Shown: piece by piece, positions 26,229-36,147 of the stretch
Layout: each line of letters begins with the position of its first letter
How positions within the stretch are numbered: position 1 is the first letter of the stretch
DNA from: an uncultured virus (IMG/VR IMGVR_UViG_3300022552_000007)
Taxonomy: Duplodnaviria; Heunggongvirae; Uroviricota; Caudoviricetes
Direction: 5' to 3' (one strand)
DNA length: 64,000 nucleotides
IMG/VR virus record: IMGVR_UViG_3300022552_000007
Made by a program: the position numbers and the translations under genes
The notes under the pieces: generated by a model
The model's input: the letters and a program-made list of their open reading frames with translations, nothing else
Told to the model about the DNA's origin: nothing
Database searches by the model: none

Positions 26229-27419
26229 TTATTGTTTAATGATGTTTTTCTCTTTCAGGAAAACATACAGGTTCGGATATTCTTTTTTATTGTTTTCAAT
26301 GAATTCTAAAAACAAGTGCTTGTTGGTTGTATCTTTCAATGATGCGTTTTTTGTAAAACTGATTAATGCGTGATAAAATTCAAGATTTTTCATGATTCGG
26401 TCTATTCGAATGTTTCCCCTGAATATCCTGCATTCAATTGTATCCCGCGTTAAATTTAGTGCAGAATACCGATTATCAGAGCGTTTATCCCGGGCCTTTT
26501 GTATGGTAGGTTGAGAATCCGTTACAGAGGCCCATTGCTCCAGTCTATGAGCTTGTCGCTGCGAAACCGTTAAAATCAATCTTTGGTTTGCAGTCATGAA
26601 TTTCAGCATTTTATATATATGCAGGGTTGAAAAATGCTTTTTGGATGCATGCACATGGAAACCACAACGGTTGTTGTCATGGCTAGTGCATTCATTGTCT
26701 CGCAATACTCCATTTAGTTTTTTTAGTATCCGTTCAAAACGTTTTGATTTAATGTAATTCCACGTCATGGGATGGGAAACAATTTCGAATCCATCTCGCA
26801 ATGATCCGTCTTCCTTACAATAAAACAGGTCACTAATATCGGTGACTTCATCCGCGATATTGTTTAGGCATTCTGGGGATTCAATTTCCAGCTCGAATCC
26901 AAAAAACAAAGTCGTTTTTTGGATTTTTTCTTTTTGAGTGTACCTGAAAGACGGAGTTGGTCTATAACTGTATGAATGAATATAGTTATCTTCATCTTCG
27001 TTTTCGCGTTCAATATCGTCCAGGCAATAATTGCAATACGGACCATCTCCGTCGTCTGTAAATCCGCCTTCGTCATTAGGACAGACGTCACCGCATCGGT
27101 TGCAACGGAAATAGTATTCGTCGAAGCATTCACTACAATAAACCCCGTATGGCGTACTTTCGCTTCGCGAATCGTGGTATATTTCACCGCATGATCCGCA
27201 ACAAAAATAGTGCCGGTCAAAGCAATGCTCACAGATCCAGTCACCATCGGCCGTCGTGCTCCCGTCTTCTGTCAATTCTAATTCATGACAGCATGCACAG
27301 ATTGTAAACAATTCCTCGGCGCATGATTCGCAATATAATTCCCCATCATATGACGTCATATGATCGACGTCATAAACGTCTTCACATTGCGCACACATGG
27401 CTTCAGTCGTGGTTTCCAT
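26229..27419 (-). CDS. Putative amidoligase (COOH-NH2 ligase) with N-terminal tandem CxxC repeats
   Basis: FGFELEIE, EDGSL, FEIVSHP, CGFHVH, RYSALN, TIECRIF. Confidence 0.85.
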   Translation of the reverse strand: METTTEAMCAQCEDVYDVDHMTSYDGELYCESCAEELFTICACCHELELTEDGSTTADGDWICEHCFDRHYFCCGSCGEIYHDSRSESTPYGVYCSECFDEYYFRCNRCGDVCPNDEGGFTDDGDGPYCNYCLDDIERENEDEDNYIHSYSYRPTPSFRYTQKEKIQKTTLFFGFELEIESPECLNNIADEVTDISDLFYCKEDGSLRDGFEIVSHPMTWNYIKSKRFERILKKLNGVLRDNECTSHDNNRCGFHVHASKKHFSTLHIYKMLKFMTANQRLILTVSQRQAHRLEQWASVTDSQPTIQKARDKRSDNRYSALNLTRDTIECRIFRGNIRIDRIMKNLEFYHALISFTKNASLKDTTNKHLFLEFIENNKKEYPNLYVFLKEKNIIKQ

Positions 27420-27438
27420 TGTTCTGTTCCTTTCCTTT

Positions 27439-27546
27439 TTATTTGGTTAAAAAGTTGATCAAAACCGCGTACACTAACAACAATAGAAGCGGCGCACAAG
27501 TAAACAATCCACAAAAAATCAATCCTGCTAACAATTCATTTTCCAT
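27439..27546 (-). CDS. Small hydrophobic peptide (35 aa)
   Basis: AAGGAG RBS; MENELLAGLIFCGLFTCAPLLLLLVYAVLINFLTK. Confidence 0.5.
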   Translation of the reverse strand: MENELLAGLIFCGLFTCAPLLLLLVYAVLINFLTK

Positions 27547-27583
27547 TGTTTTTTCTCCTTTTTAGTTTTTAGAAAAATTAAAA

Positions 27584-27616
27584 AGGCGCATTATCCCGAA
27601 TTAGGATAATGCGCCT
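27584..27616 (-). terminator. Intrinsic terminator
   Basis: aggcgcattatcc/ggataatgcgcct stem followed by a T-run on the minus strand. Confidence 0.65.
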
Positions 27617-27621
27617 CATAA

Positions 27622-27798
27622 TCAATCGCTTACGAATTTGACTTCATTGATTTGGAGCCTGTCCCCAGGCTCCAAATCAAACGGGATCTGCTCTGGCCGA
27701 GTAATCCAGCCAGACCAGATCAATTCAATTTGATCTCCGTCGGTATACTCCAGCCGACGGAATACTGACACCCGATAGTTAAAAAATCCGTTTTTCAT
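27622..27798 (-). CDS. Small hypothetical protein
   Basis: AAGGAG RBS before MKNGFF. Confidence 0.6.
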   Translation of the reverse strand: MKNGFFNYRVSVFRRLEYTDGDQIELIWSGWITRPEQIPFDLEPGDRLQINEVKFVSD

Positions 27799-27880
27799 TG
27801 TTCTTTCTCCTTTGTCCTGGCTTAGGTTTTTGTTCGTCTGGTTCAGCATGCCCCTTGACCAGACGCAAAATAGATGGTTG

Positions 27881-28069
27881 TTAAATGGTATAGATATCAA
27901 CAACCGTCTGCTTGAGCTGTTGAAGCAGCGAAGATGCTGCTGCTTCATTCTTGCATTCTAGCGTTGTCCAGGTAGTATCTCCATTGACACTACCTAAACA
28001 AATGCGTACCTTGTTTTCCTTTTGTTCGAACACTCTGTTTTCCCAGCCGTCTTCCCAATTGTCTTTCAT
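27881..28069 (-). CDS. Small hypothetical protein, first gene of the leftward early block
   Basis: AAGGAG RBS with upstream promoter. Confidence 0.6.
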   Translation of the reverse strand: MKDNWEDGWENRVFEQKENKVRICLGSVNGDTTWTTLECKNEAAASSLLQQLKQTVVDIYTI

Positions 28070-28113
28070 TGTTCTTTCTCCTTTGTTTTGGTTGCAAGTA
28101 TGGGGATGATTCT

Positions 28114-28142
28114 AAATTAATTCATTCGTTTTGCTTTGTCAA
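28114..28142 (-). promoter_or_regulatory. Sigma70-type early promoter
   Basis: TTGACA-17 bp-TAATTT. Confidence 0.6.
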
Positions 28143-28199
28143 GTGTTTTTGTTGTTTTTGGATGCAGGCAACACAAAATATCTTTTTTGTGCCAGCCTT

Positions 28200-28760
28200 A
28201 AAAGCCAAAGGAAGAATGGAAGAATGACAGAAAGGTAGAATGGACGAATAGCAGAACAGCAGAACAGCAGAACAGGAGAATGAACGAATGGCAGAAGGGT
28301 AGAAAGGGAGAATGACAGAACAGGAGAATAGAAGAAAGGGAGATTGAAAGCCTGGGAAAGTGCTGAAAGCTGAAAAGGGGATTGACTGCCGAAAAGGGAG
28401 CGAAAAAAATGCTAGAGAGATGCTGATCCCAACGCTGAACACGCACCAGTTTCTGAACCAGGCCCAAAAAATAAACAGGATTCAGTCAGTGGCGCCCGCC
28501 CAGCCAGTACAGGTAGGCCCCAGCCGTTGAAGCAGCCTCGGTAGCTGAATGTCCTTCAGCGACTGTAGGCAAGCCCAGCCAGTACAGGTAGGCTCACCAG
28601 CTAAATTGGATTCACCAACTGAAGTTGATTTAATTATTGAATCAGATTCAGTTAGTGAAGTTGGTTCAGAAAATAAACCGGATTCAGAAACTGTCCACGC
28701 TTCACTCGCTGAAGTTGGTTCAGTTTCTGAATCTGATTCACGGATTGAATTGGGTTCAGG
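28200..28760. repeat. Low-complexity non-coding repeat region between the divergent arms
   Basis: Purine-rich GAACAGCA/GAATG units, 21-bp direct repeat at 28498 and 28573, recurring GATTCA and GAAGTTGGTTCAG. Confidence 0.7.
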
Positions 28761-28918
28761 CGCAAGTGACCCCCTCTTGAATTTTGCACCTTTTTCTGAC
28801 AAAAACCATTTTCTAAAATTGGTGAAAAAATTTCTGGAGAAAATAAAAATTTGGTAATTGGTGTTTTTGATATGAATTTATTTGCAAAAAATGAAGTTTG
28901 TCGTGTATAAGATAGAGT

Positions 28919-30427
28919 ATGTACGATATTAGAGACATAAAGGACCAAGTGGTCGCCAAGATGGTAAAAGATCCCAGGATTGCCATTAGGGCATTGTGTA
29001 ATCGGGATTTTTATTATTTTCTGCGGTATTTCTGGCCGGTGTATTCGAGTGATCCGTTCCATGAAAATTGGCATATTGAATTGGTGTGTAATGAGTTGCA
29101 GCGGTTGGCTGAGCGGGTTGGCCAAAGATTGCCAGCGAAGTATGATTTGGTGATTAACGTGCCGCCAGGGAGTACTAAGACAGCGTCGTGCAGTATTATG
29201 TTTCCTATTTGGTGCTGGACCAGGTGGTATTGGATGCGATTTATTACCGTAAGTTATTCCGCCATTTTGTCGTTGGAGTCGGCGGAATACAGTCGGGATA
29301 TTATCAGAAGTGCGGAATTCCAGTCGGTTTACCCTGAGATAGAAATCAAGCAGGATAAGGACACAAAATCCAATTTTCGGATAATGATCAAGGATAAGGA
29401 CAAAAAAATTTTAGGGGGTAACCGGTTTAGTACCAGTGTAGATGGAACAGTTACGGGTTTCCACGGACATATTTTATTGGTGGATGATCCGTTGAATCCC
29501 CAACAGGCGGCCAGTGATAATGAATTAAAGGCATGCAATCAATGGTTAAGTCAAACACTGCCCACTCGTAAGACGGATAAGGCGGTTACACCTACTGTAT
29601 TGATTCAACAGCGGCTTCATCAGAACGATCCTACTGGTTACAAGCTACGCAACGTCAAAAATGCCAAATCAATAAAGCATATTTGTTTGCCGGGGGAGAT
29701 TAGGAATTTCCGTGAGCTTGTCCAGCCGCCGGAGTTGGTGGAAAAGTATAAGGATGATCTTTTAGACCCGGTAAGGCTGTCATGGCCGGTATTGGATAAA
29801 CTCAAGGAGGACTTGGGTCAGTACGGCTACAGTGGTCAAGTGGGTCAAAAACCGGTGCCGCCCGGCGGCGGGATGTTCCAGGTGGACCGCTTTGTGATAG
29901 TGGACAGCGTGGAGCACCTGCTTCAAGATCCCAGTCAGATCCTGGGCGTGGTGCGTTTTTGGGATAAGGCCAGCACTCAGGATGGCGGAGATTACACGGT
30001 TGGAGTGAAGATGTACAAGTTGGCGGGTCCTCGATTCCTGATCACGGACGTAAAGCGCGGACAGTGGGCTTCTCATACGCGCGAATCCATCATTCGCGCA
30101 ACTGCCGAGGCCGACGGAACCAACGTGATCGTGTATCATGAGCAAGAACCGGGCAGCGGGGGGAAGGAAAGTGCGGAGGCTACGGTCAAAAACTTGGCGG
30201 GGTTCGTGTCCGAAGCCCTACGCAGTACTGGGGACAAGGTTTTTCGTGCTGATCCTTACAGCGTTCAGGTCAACATCGGCAATGTGATGTTGCTTCAGGC
30301 AGCTTGGACGCAGGAATTCATAGAAGAACATCGGTTTTTTCCTTATTCTACTTATGATGACCAAGTGGACGCAGCCAGCGGAGCCTTCAGCCGCCTTACC
30401 TTCGCCAAGGTGGTCGAAGCATGGTAA
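28919..30427 (+). CDS. terL: Terminase large subunit
   Basis: NVPPGSTKT, LLVDDP, QRLH, RFWDKA, EQEPGSGGK, DDQVDA. Confidence 0.95.
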   Translation: MYDIRDIKDQVVAKMVKDPRIAIRALCNRDFYYFLRYFWPVYSSDPFHENWHIELVCNELQRLAERVGQRLPAKYDLVINVPPGSTKTASCSIMFPIWCWTRWYWMRFITVSYSAILSLESAEYSRDIIRSAEFQSVYPEIEIKQDKDTKSNFRIMIKDKDKKILGGNRFSTSVDGTVTGFHGHILLVDDPLNPQQAASDNELKACNQWLSQTLPTRKTDKAVTPTVLIQQRLHQNDPTGYKLRNVKNAKSIKHICLPGEIRNFRELVQPPELVEKYKDDLLDPVRLSWPVLDKLKEDLGQYGYSGQVGQKPVPPGGGMFQVDRFVIVDSVEHLLQDPSQILGVVRFWDKASTQDGGDYTVGVKMYKLAGPRFLITDVKRGQWASHTRESIIRATAEADGTNVIVYHEQEPGSGGKESAEATVKNLAGFVSEALRSTGDKVFRADPYSVQVNIGNVMLLQAAWTQEFIEEHRFFPYSTYDDQVDAASGAFSRLTFAKVVEAW

Positions 30428-30438
30428 AAGGAGATAAA

Positions 30439-31812
30439 ATGGAAGATAAAGATCGGATTGCCCAGCAACTCATCGCCCTTTCTAGCACTCTTTTGGCCCG
30501 CTCGCAGTTGATGGCCAAGATGGGCAAGGGCTTCGGTACCCAGCGCGACATTTTCCGTGCGTTGGGCTTCGTCCAGAATCCTACTTTCGACGATTATTGG
30601 TGGCGCTACAAGCGCACCAGCTTGGGCAAACGCATCGTCCAGGCGTATCCCATCGGTTGTTGGCAACGGCACCCGCAAATTCAGGAATCGCAGAAGCCCG
30701 AGGAAACTGAGTTCGAAAAGGCATGGTCGGAGTTGGTTAAACGCCTTGGACTCTACAATTCCATCCGTCGTGCGGACATCCTTTCGGGCATAGGCACTTA
30801 CGGCATCTTGTATTTGGGCTTCGATGGTGATCCGACAAAGCCCCTGGCCCGAGGGGAACAGTTACAGTATCTGCGACCGTTTACTGAACGTACAGCGCAG
30901 ATTGGTGATTTGGATGATGATAGAACTAGCCCGCGGTACGGCAAGCCGTTTAATTACAAAATCAGCATGGAGGACAAAGCGGGAACCTCCATGACGGTCA
31001 AAGTTCATTTTTCCCGCGTTATCCATATCGCGGAAGACCCGGATGAAGATGATTATTACGGCACGCCGCGGTTGGAAGCCGTATTGAATGATTTACAGTC
31101 GCTGGATTACGTGGTGGGCGGCAGCGGGGAAATGTTCTGGCGAGGAGCTTTCCCCGGTTACGGTTTCGTGGCTAAAGAAGGAGCGGTGATGCCCACCGGC
31201 GCGGCAGCAACGGCGTTGGATGACGCGATTGAGGACTTTGTTCATAACTTGCGGCGGTATTTGAAGTTGACCAATGTGGATATTCATGACTTCAGCCCCC
31301 AAGTGGCCAGTCCTGCCGAGCACTTTGACACGTTGATTTCCAGTGTTAGCGCAGGCACCGGCATTCCCAAACGGATCTTGATAGGTAGTGAACGAGGCGA
31401 ACTGGCCAGCCAGCAGGACCGGGACAACTGGGGAGACCGGGTGGCAGAGAGGCAGCGCAACTTTTGCGAACCAATGATACTGCGTCCATTGGTGGATAAG
31501 CTCATAGAAGCGGGGGAATTGCCGAAGCCGAAAAATGGAGAATATTTGGTGAGCTGGCCGCCTATCCAGACGCCGGATGCTAAGGACACCGCTGCCACGG
31601 CGAAGAGTGTGGCCGAGGCGTTGAATACCTATGCCAGTGGTCCGGCGGAAACGGTGGTGCCCAAGGGGGCCTTCCTGCAACGATACCTGAATTACACTCC
31701 GGCGGATGTGGAAGACATTGAAGCCATCACCGAGGAAATTGAGGAGGAATACGAAGAAGAGGAATTTCAGCGGGCGCCGGAGCAGTCAGGCGCTGCCCAG
31801 GGCGGTGAGTAA
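30439..31812 (+). CDS. Portal protein (DUF1073-like)
   Basis: Directly after terL; VHFSRVIH, GIPKRILIGSERGELAS. Confidence 0.85.
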   Translation: MEDKDRIAQQLIALSSTLLARSQLMAKMGKGFGTQRDIFRALGFVQNPTFDDYWWRYKRTSLGKRIVQAYPIGCWQRHPQIQESQKPEETEFEKAWSELVKRLGLYNSIRRADILSGIGTYGILYLGFDGDPTKPLARGEQLQYLRPFTERTAQIGDLDDDRTSPRYGKPFNYKISMEDKAGTSMTVKVHFSRVIHIAEDPDEDDYYGTPRLEAVLNDLQSLDYVVGGSGEMFWRGAFPGYGFVAKEGAVMPTGAAATALDDAIEDFVHNLRRYLKLTNVDIHDFSPQVASPAEHFDTLISSVSAGTGIPKRILIGSERGELASQQDRDNWGDRVAERQRNFCEPMILRPLVDKLIEAGELPKPKNGEYLVSWPPIQTPDAKDTAATAKSVAEALNTYASGPAETVVPKGAFLQRYLNYTPADVEDIEAITEEIEEEYEEEEFQRAPEQSGAAQGGE

Positions 31813-32777
31813 TGCCGAAGGTATTGGTGAAAATAAGCAAATTGCGGGACAAAGACCCCACGCGCACCAAGCCAATCCGTGACCGGTATGTGCGAGAGGT
31901 GAACCGTCGATTTGGGCGTATCAAGGCGGCAGTGTACCAATATATAGTAAAGGAAAATCGGCTGGGAGCTGTAAAGCGGACGGATCGTCCTGCCGTGTTG
32001 CAAGACGATGAAGAGCGCAAAATCATTGTGCCCCCGGCCGCCCCCGCCTCCCCTGCTACCGTTGCCGTAGGAGCATACGTGTACGAGCAGAGTGCCCAGC
32101 GGGTGGATGAATTTATGCTTTGGTTGGATGAGCAAGTCCAGGCCGAAGTGCTTACCTACACCCGCGAACATGCTTTTGTGGGGTATGGGCACAAAAATTG
32201 GCAGGATGTCCATCTCTATTCTGCTTATCAACGGGGCATTGTTCAATCGTTGGCAGATCTGCGTGCTGCGGGCGCAGCGTTGCCGGAGTTGGGCAGTGCG
32301 GCAGCTATGATGCTTCAGCCATTTCATGCGGATCGTGTGGCATTGATTTACACGCGGGCTTTCAATGGCATGAAGGGCGTGACCGAAGCAATGAAGGCAC
32401 AAATGGCGCATGTGCTGGCTACAGGAATGGCCGAAGGACGGCACCCATGGCAGATTGCGAGAAGGTTGGCCGACCGCGTGGACAAGATCGGAATTACTCG
32501 TGCGCGTCTCATCGCTCGTACAGAAACTGCCAGAGCCCACCGGCAGGCGACATTGAATGAATTTGAGGCTCTTGAGGGAATAGTTGGCGAAGAGATTTTC
32601 GGACAGTGGTGGACGGCGCTGGATGAACGGGTGCGCCCGCGGCACCGGGAATGGCATGGAAAGGTTTACACGCGGGAAGTTTTGGCGACAATGGTGGGAG
32701 AACCGAATTGTAGATGTACGATACTTCCTTGGACGAAAACATTGGCAGAAATTCGCGCCAAATTTGGTGAGAAATAG
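31812..32777 (+). CDS. Minor head protein (MuF / SPP1 gp7-like)
   Basis: RARLIARTE, DERVRPRH, PNCRC. Confidence 0.9.
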   Translation: MPKVLVKISKLRDKDPTRTKPIRDRYVREVNRRFGRIKAAVYQYIVKENRLGAVKRTDRPAVLQDDEERKIIVPPAAPASPATVAVGAYVYEQSAQRVDEFMLWLDEQVQAEVLTYTREHAFVGYGHKNWQDVHLYSAYQRGIVQSLADLRAAGAALPELGSAAAMMLQPFHADRVALIYTRAFNGMKGVTEAMKAQMAHVLATGMAEGRHPWQIARRLADRVDKIGITRARLIARTETARAHRQATLNEFEALEGIVGEEIFGQWWTALDERVRPRHREWHGKVYTREVLATMVGEPNCRCTILPWTKTLAEIRAKFGEK

Positions 32778-32901
32778 CAACATAGTATAATTTTTCTTTA
32801 CTTTAAGGATTTTTCAAGGTTATAAAAATCATAGCTCCTTTCACGACCTTGGCCTCTGTACAAGAGCCAATTGGGCAAAAAGGACATGAAAGGAGCTTTT
32901 T

Positions 32902-34467
32902 ATGCCTTTGAAAAAGTGTACGGTGGACGGAAAAAGTGGCTGGAAATGGGGCGATAGTGGCAAGTGTTACACCGGCCCCGATGCTAAGGAAAAAGCCCTA
33001 GAACAGGGCCGCGCCATTAAAGCCAATGCTTTTTTGGTGAACTCTGATGGAGCATGTCCAGAGGTTCTTACCACCAATTTGACCGGCTACCAAATCCGTC
33101 TTACGAAGTTTGAGGGCCGGGACCACATTGTGGTCCCTGTAGTGATGTTGACTGAGGGGGTTCATGCCGGGTCTGGCGGTCCGTTGTACTATCCGGCGGA
33201 GGAAATTGCGAAGTTCCCTGCTGCGTGGAATGGCAGACCTGTGCCGGTTTTACACCCGGTGGATGAAGACGGCTTCCCAGTCAGTTGTAACAGCCCCGAT
33301 ATGTTGGAAAGCCGCAATGTGGGGCACGTCTTTAACACCCGGTTCTCAAAGGGGAAACTCATCGCGCAGCTTTGGCTGGACGTCGAGAAGTTGGGGAAAG
33401 TTGATGATCAGCTCCTCCAACGTCTCAATGCCAAAGAGCCGATAGAGGTGAGCACCGGGTTGTTTCTTAGTGTCGATAACCAATCCGGGGAGTGGAACGG
33501 GGAGGAATACGTGGGGATTGCGCGGGATTTCCGCCCTGACCACTTGGCCCTGCTTCCGATTGGAACCGGTGCTTGCAGCTTGAAGGACGGTTGTGGCATC
33601 CGCGCCAACTCTTCACCACTGGATTACCGGGGGATGTGGCAGCGGCTGGTGGCGCATGCTGCGCCGTCCTTTGAGCAAGTTTCCAGCTTGATTCAAACCA
33701 AATTGCGGGAAAACAACATTCTTAATAAGGATAAGGAAACCTTTTATTGGGTGGAGGAGGTGTGGCCAGATTACTTTATTTATTCTGAAGAAGCTCAAGG
33801 AAAGATTTCATACCACAAACAGCCCTACAAGGTTAATAAGGACGGAACAGATGTGGAATTCACGGGTACCCCGACGCCCGTGAAGTTGGAACGAAAGTAT
33901 GTGGAAATCACAAAAAATCAAGGAGGTAACAACGTGGACAAGAAAGAGAAAATCAAGTTTCTGACCGACAATGGCTGCCAGTGTGATGCGGATCAGTTGG
34001 AAACCCTGGAGGAAGCTATTCTGGACAACATGATCAAAACCATTCAGTCACAGCTCGACGCCAACAAGGAGCTGAAGGACCAACTCGCAGCCAATCAGGT
34101 TGAGCTTACGGAGCTGAAAAATCAGATGAAGGAACTCGAAAAGGCGAAGCCCGCGGACAATCAGCAAACCCCGCCCAAGACATTGGAGGAGCTGCTGGCT
34201 CTGGCTTCCCCGGAAATGCAGAGTGTGCTGAACCGCGCCGTGGCTCGTGATCGCCAACTCAAGACTGACTTGGTGGAAAAACTGGCCGCCAACCAGAAGG
34301 TGTACAGCAAAGAAGAACTGGAACAGAAATCCCTGGAGGAGCTGGAGAAGCTGGCCGCGTTGGCCGCGCCTAAGGGTGACTACACCTTGGCGGGCGGACG
34401 TGCTCCAGCGTCCGTGGCGAACGCCGAGGAGCCGATGGTGGCTCCGACCCTCAATTTCGCCAAATAA
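32902..34467 (+). CDS. Prohead protease/scaffold (DUF2213-like)
   Basis: HP, EVSTG, DHLALLP.GAC motifs plus coiled-coil C-terminus. Confidence 0.8.
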   Translation: MPLKKCTVDGKSGWKWGDSGKCYTGPDAKEKALEQGRAIKANAFLVNSDGACPEVLTTNLTGYQIRLTKFEGRDHIVVPVVMLTEGVHAGSGGPLYYPAEEIAKFPAAWNGRPVPVLHPVDEDGFPVSCNSPDMLESRNVGHVFNTRFSKGKLIAQLWLDVEKLGKVDDQLLQRLNAKEPIEVSTGLFLSVDNQSGEWNGEEYVGIARDFRPDHLALLPIGTGACSLKDGCGIRANSSPLDYRGMWQRLVAHAAPSFEQVSSLIQTKLRENNILNKDKETFYWVEEVWPDYFIYSEEAQGKISYHKQPYKVNKDGTDVEFTGTPTPVKLERKYVEITKNQGGNNVDKKEKIKFLTDNGCQCDADQLETLEEAILDNMIKTIQSQLDANKELKDQLAANQVELTELKNQMKELEKAKPADNQQTPPKTLEELLALASPEMQSVLNRAVARDRQLKTDLVEKLAANQKVYSKEELEQKSLEELEKLAALAAPKGDYTLAGGRAPASVANAEEPMVAPTLNFAK

Positions 34468-34499
34468 TGTTTTTCAATTCAACAAGGAGGTAATTCAAA

Positions 34500-34943
34500 A
34501 TGGCATATCGCACGATTTCGATCACCACTGACCAGCCTGTACAGGAAGGAATTGCCAGCGGGACAATCTACCCCGGTATGGCATTGGAGCGCACCAGCAC
34601 GGCCGATACCGTTCAGCCGCATTCCGTTGCGGACGGTGCCGTGAACGCTCGGCTGGTTGCCGTTGAGGATGAATGGCAGGGTCGCGGCATCGCCACCGCC
34701 TACACCGCCGCCAACCGTTGCTTCTTCAAGTCGTTTCAGCCCGGCGACGAAGCCTATATGCGCATTGCTTCGGGCCAGAATATCGCCGTCGGAGATGAGC
34801 TGACCAGCAATGGTGACGGCTACCTGAAGAAGAAAGTCAATGACAGCTCCAGCGGCGACATGGACAAGACGGTGTTCGGCGTGGCGCTGGAAGCCGCGAA
34901 CTGCCTTGCTGCCGCCGGTCTTTGCCGGGTCCAGGTGGCATAA
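34500..34943 (+). CDS. Putative head decoration protein
   Basis: Size and position between scaffold and capsid; GVALEAA motif. Confidence 0.65.
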   Translation: MAYRTISITTDQPVQEGIASGTIYPGMALERTSTADTVQPHSVADGAVNARLVAVEDEWQGRGIATAYTAANRCFFKSFQPGDEAYMRIASGQNIAVGDELTSNGDGYLKKKVNDSSSGDMDKTVFGVALEAANCLAAAGLCRVQVA

Positions 34944-34984
34944 TCGGAAAATTCTTTTCTACTTCGAATAGGAGGTAATTCATA

Positions 34985-36073
34985 ATGAAATTCAAAACGA
35001 CAGACGTACAGGTTGATATCCTTACCCCTAATGGCGCAGGTGGTTTTGTTGGCGGCGGCACGGCGGGAGCCCGCTTGCTGGCCAATAACATGGACCCCGG
35101 CGCACTGCGCCCCTTCATTGGCAACGACGGCCGCGCCTACATCACCGTGAACACTCCGGCTGGGCCGGAAGTGCGCCCGGTGGGCAACGCCACGTTGCGC
35201 AAGGATGAATGGAAGCAGTTCGATGAGGCTATCGTGAAAGCTGCCCAGCAGCGGCTGATCGGCGTGGCGGACCTCTATTCGCGGGGTCTTGTCTATCGGA
35301 TCAGCAATGGGCTCGGTACCACGGTGCTGGAAACCGAGGTGATGAGCGACACTGAAGATGCGCAGGTGTCGATGGATGCCGCAACTCGCGGTCGGCGCGA
35401 CCGGCCCGAATTCGGCATTGGGTACCTGCCCCTTCCGATCATCCACAAGGATTTCCAACTGGATATCCGCACGCTGAACGCCAGCCGCACGCGCGGACAG
35501 GCGCTCGATACCATCCAGGCAGAGCAATGCGCCCGGAAAATCGCGGAAAAGGCCGAATCCATGCTGTTCAGCGGCCTGTCTTCCTACACCTATGGTGGTG
35601 GAACGATCTACGGCTACACGGACTACACCAATCGCAATACCTACACCCTGACCGCCCATTGGGATGACAGTGCTGCGTCCGGTGAAACCATTCTGGCGGA
35701 TGTGCTGGGCATGATCCAGGCCAGCATCGACGACCGCTATTATGGGCCGTGGGTGCTCTATATTCCCACCAACTTCCAGACCGCGCTGGGCGAAGACTTC
35801 AAGTCCAATTCCGACAAGTCCGTTCGTCAGCGCCTTTTGGAGGTTGAAGGATTGAGCGACATCAAGGTGGCCGATTTCCTCGCCGCCGACAACGTGTTGC
35901 TGGTTCAGATGACCAGCGACGTGGTGCGCATTGTCGAGGGCCTTTCCATCCAGACCATTCAATGGGAACTGGAAGGTGGGATGCTTCTCAACTTCAAGGT
36001 CATGGCGATCATGGTTCCGCAGATTCGTGCTGATTATAATAATCGGTGCGGCATCGTCCATGGGACCAAGTGA
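34985..36073 (+). CDS. Major capsid protein (HK97 fold, encapsulin/Linocin-like)
   Basis: LRKDEWKQFDEAI, LPLPIIHKDF; position and strong RBS. Confidence 0.85.
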   Translation: MKFKTTDVQVDILTPNGAGGFVGGGTAGARLLANNMDPGALRPFIGNDGRAYITVNTPAGPEVRPVGNATLRKDEWKQFDEAIVKAAQQRLIGVADLYSRGLVYRISNGLGTTVLETEVMSDTEDAQVSMDAATRGRRDRPEFGIGYLPLPIIHKDFQLDIRTLNASRTRGQALDTIQAEQCARKIAEKAESMLFSGLSSYTYGGGTIYGYTDYTNRNTYTLTAHWDDSAASGETILADVLGMIQASIDDRYYGPWVLYIPTNFQTALGEDFKSNSDKSVRQRLLEVEGLSDIKVADFLAADNVLLVQMTSDVVRIVEGLSIQTIQWELEGGMLLNFKVMAIMVPQIRADYNNRCGIVHGTK

Positions 36074-36147
36074 TTGTGGTGTCCTTGACCCTCTTTTTTT
36101 CTGCCGTAAACATTAGGCAGTAACCATCTGCTGAGAGGAGAATAGCA

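Noticed and set aside
28122..28857. ORFs in the low-complexity divergence region
   Set aside because: Biased compositions mirror DNA repeats and there are no convincing RBSs.
34985..36073. Cellular encapsulin nanocompartment
   Set aside because: The context of terminase, portal, protease and tail genes identifies it as the phage capsid.
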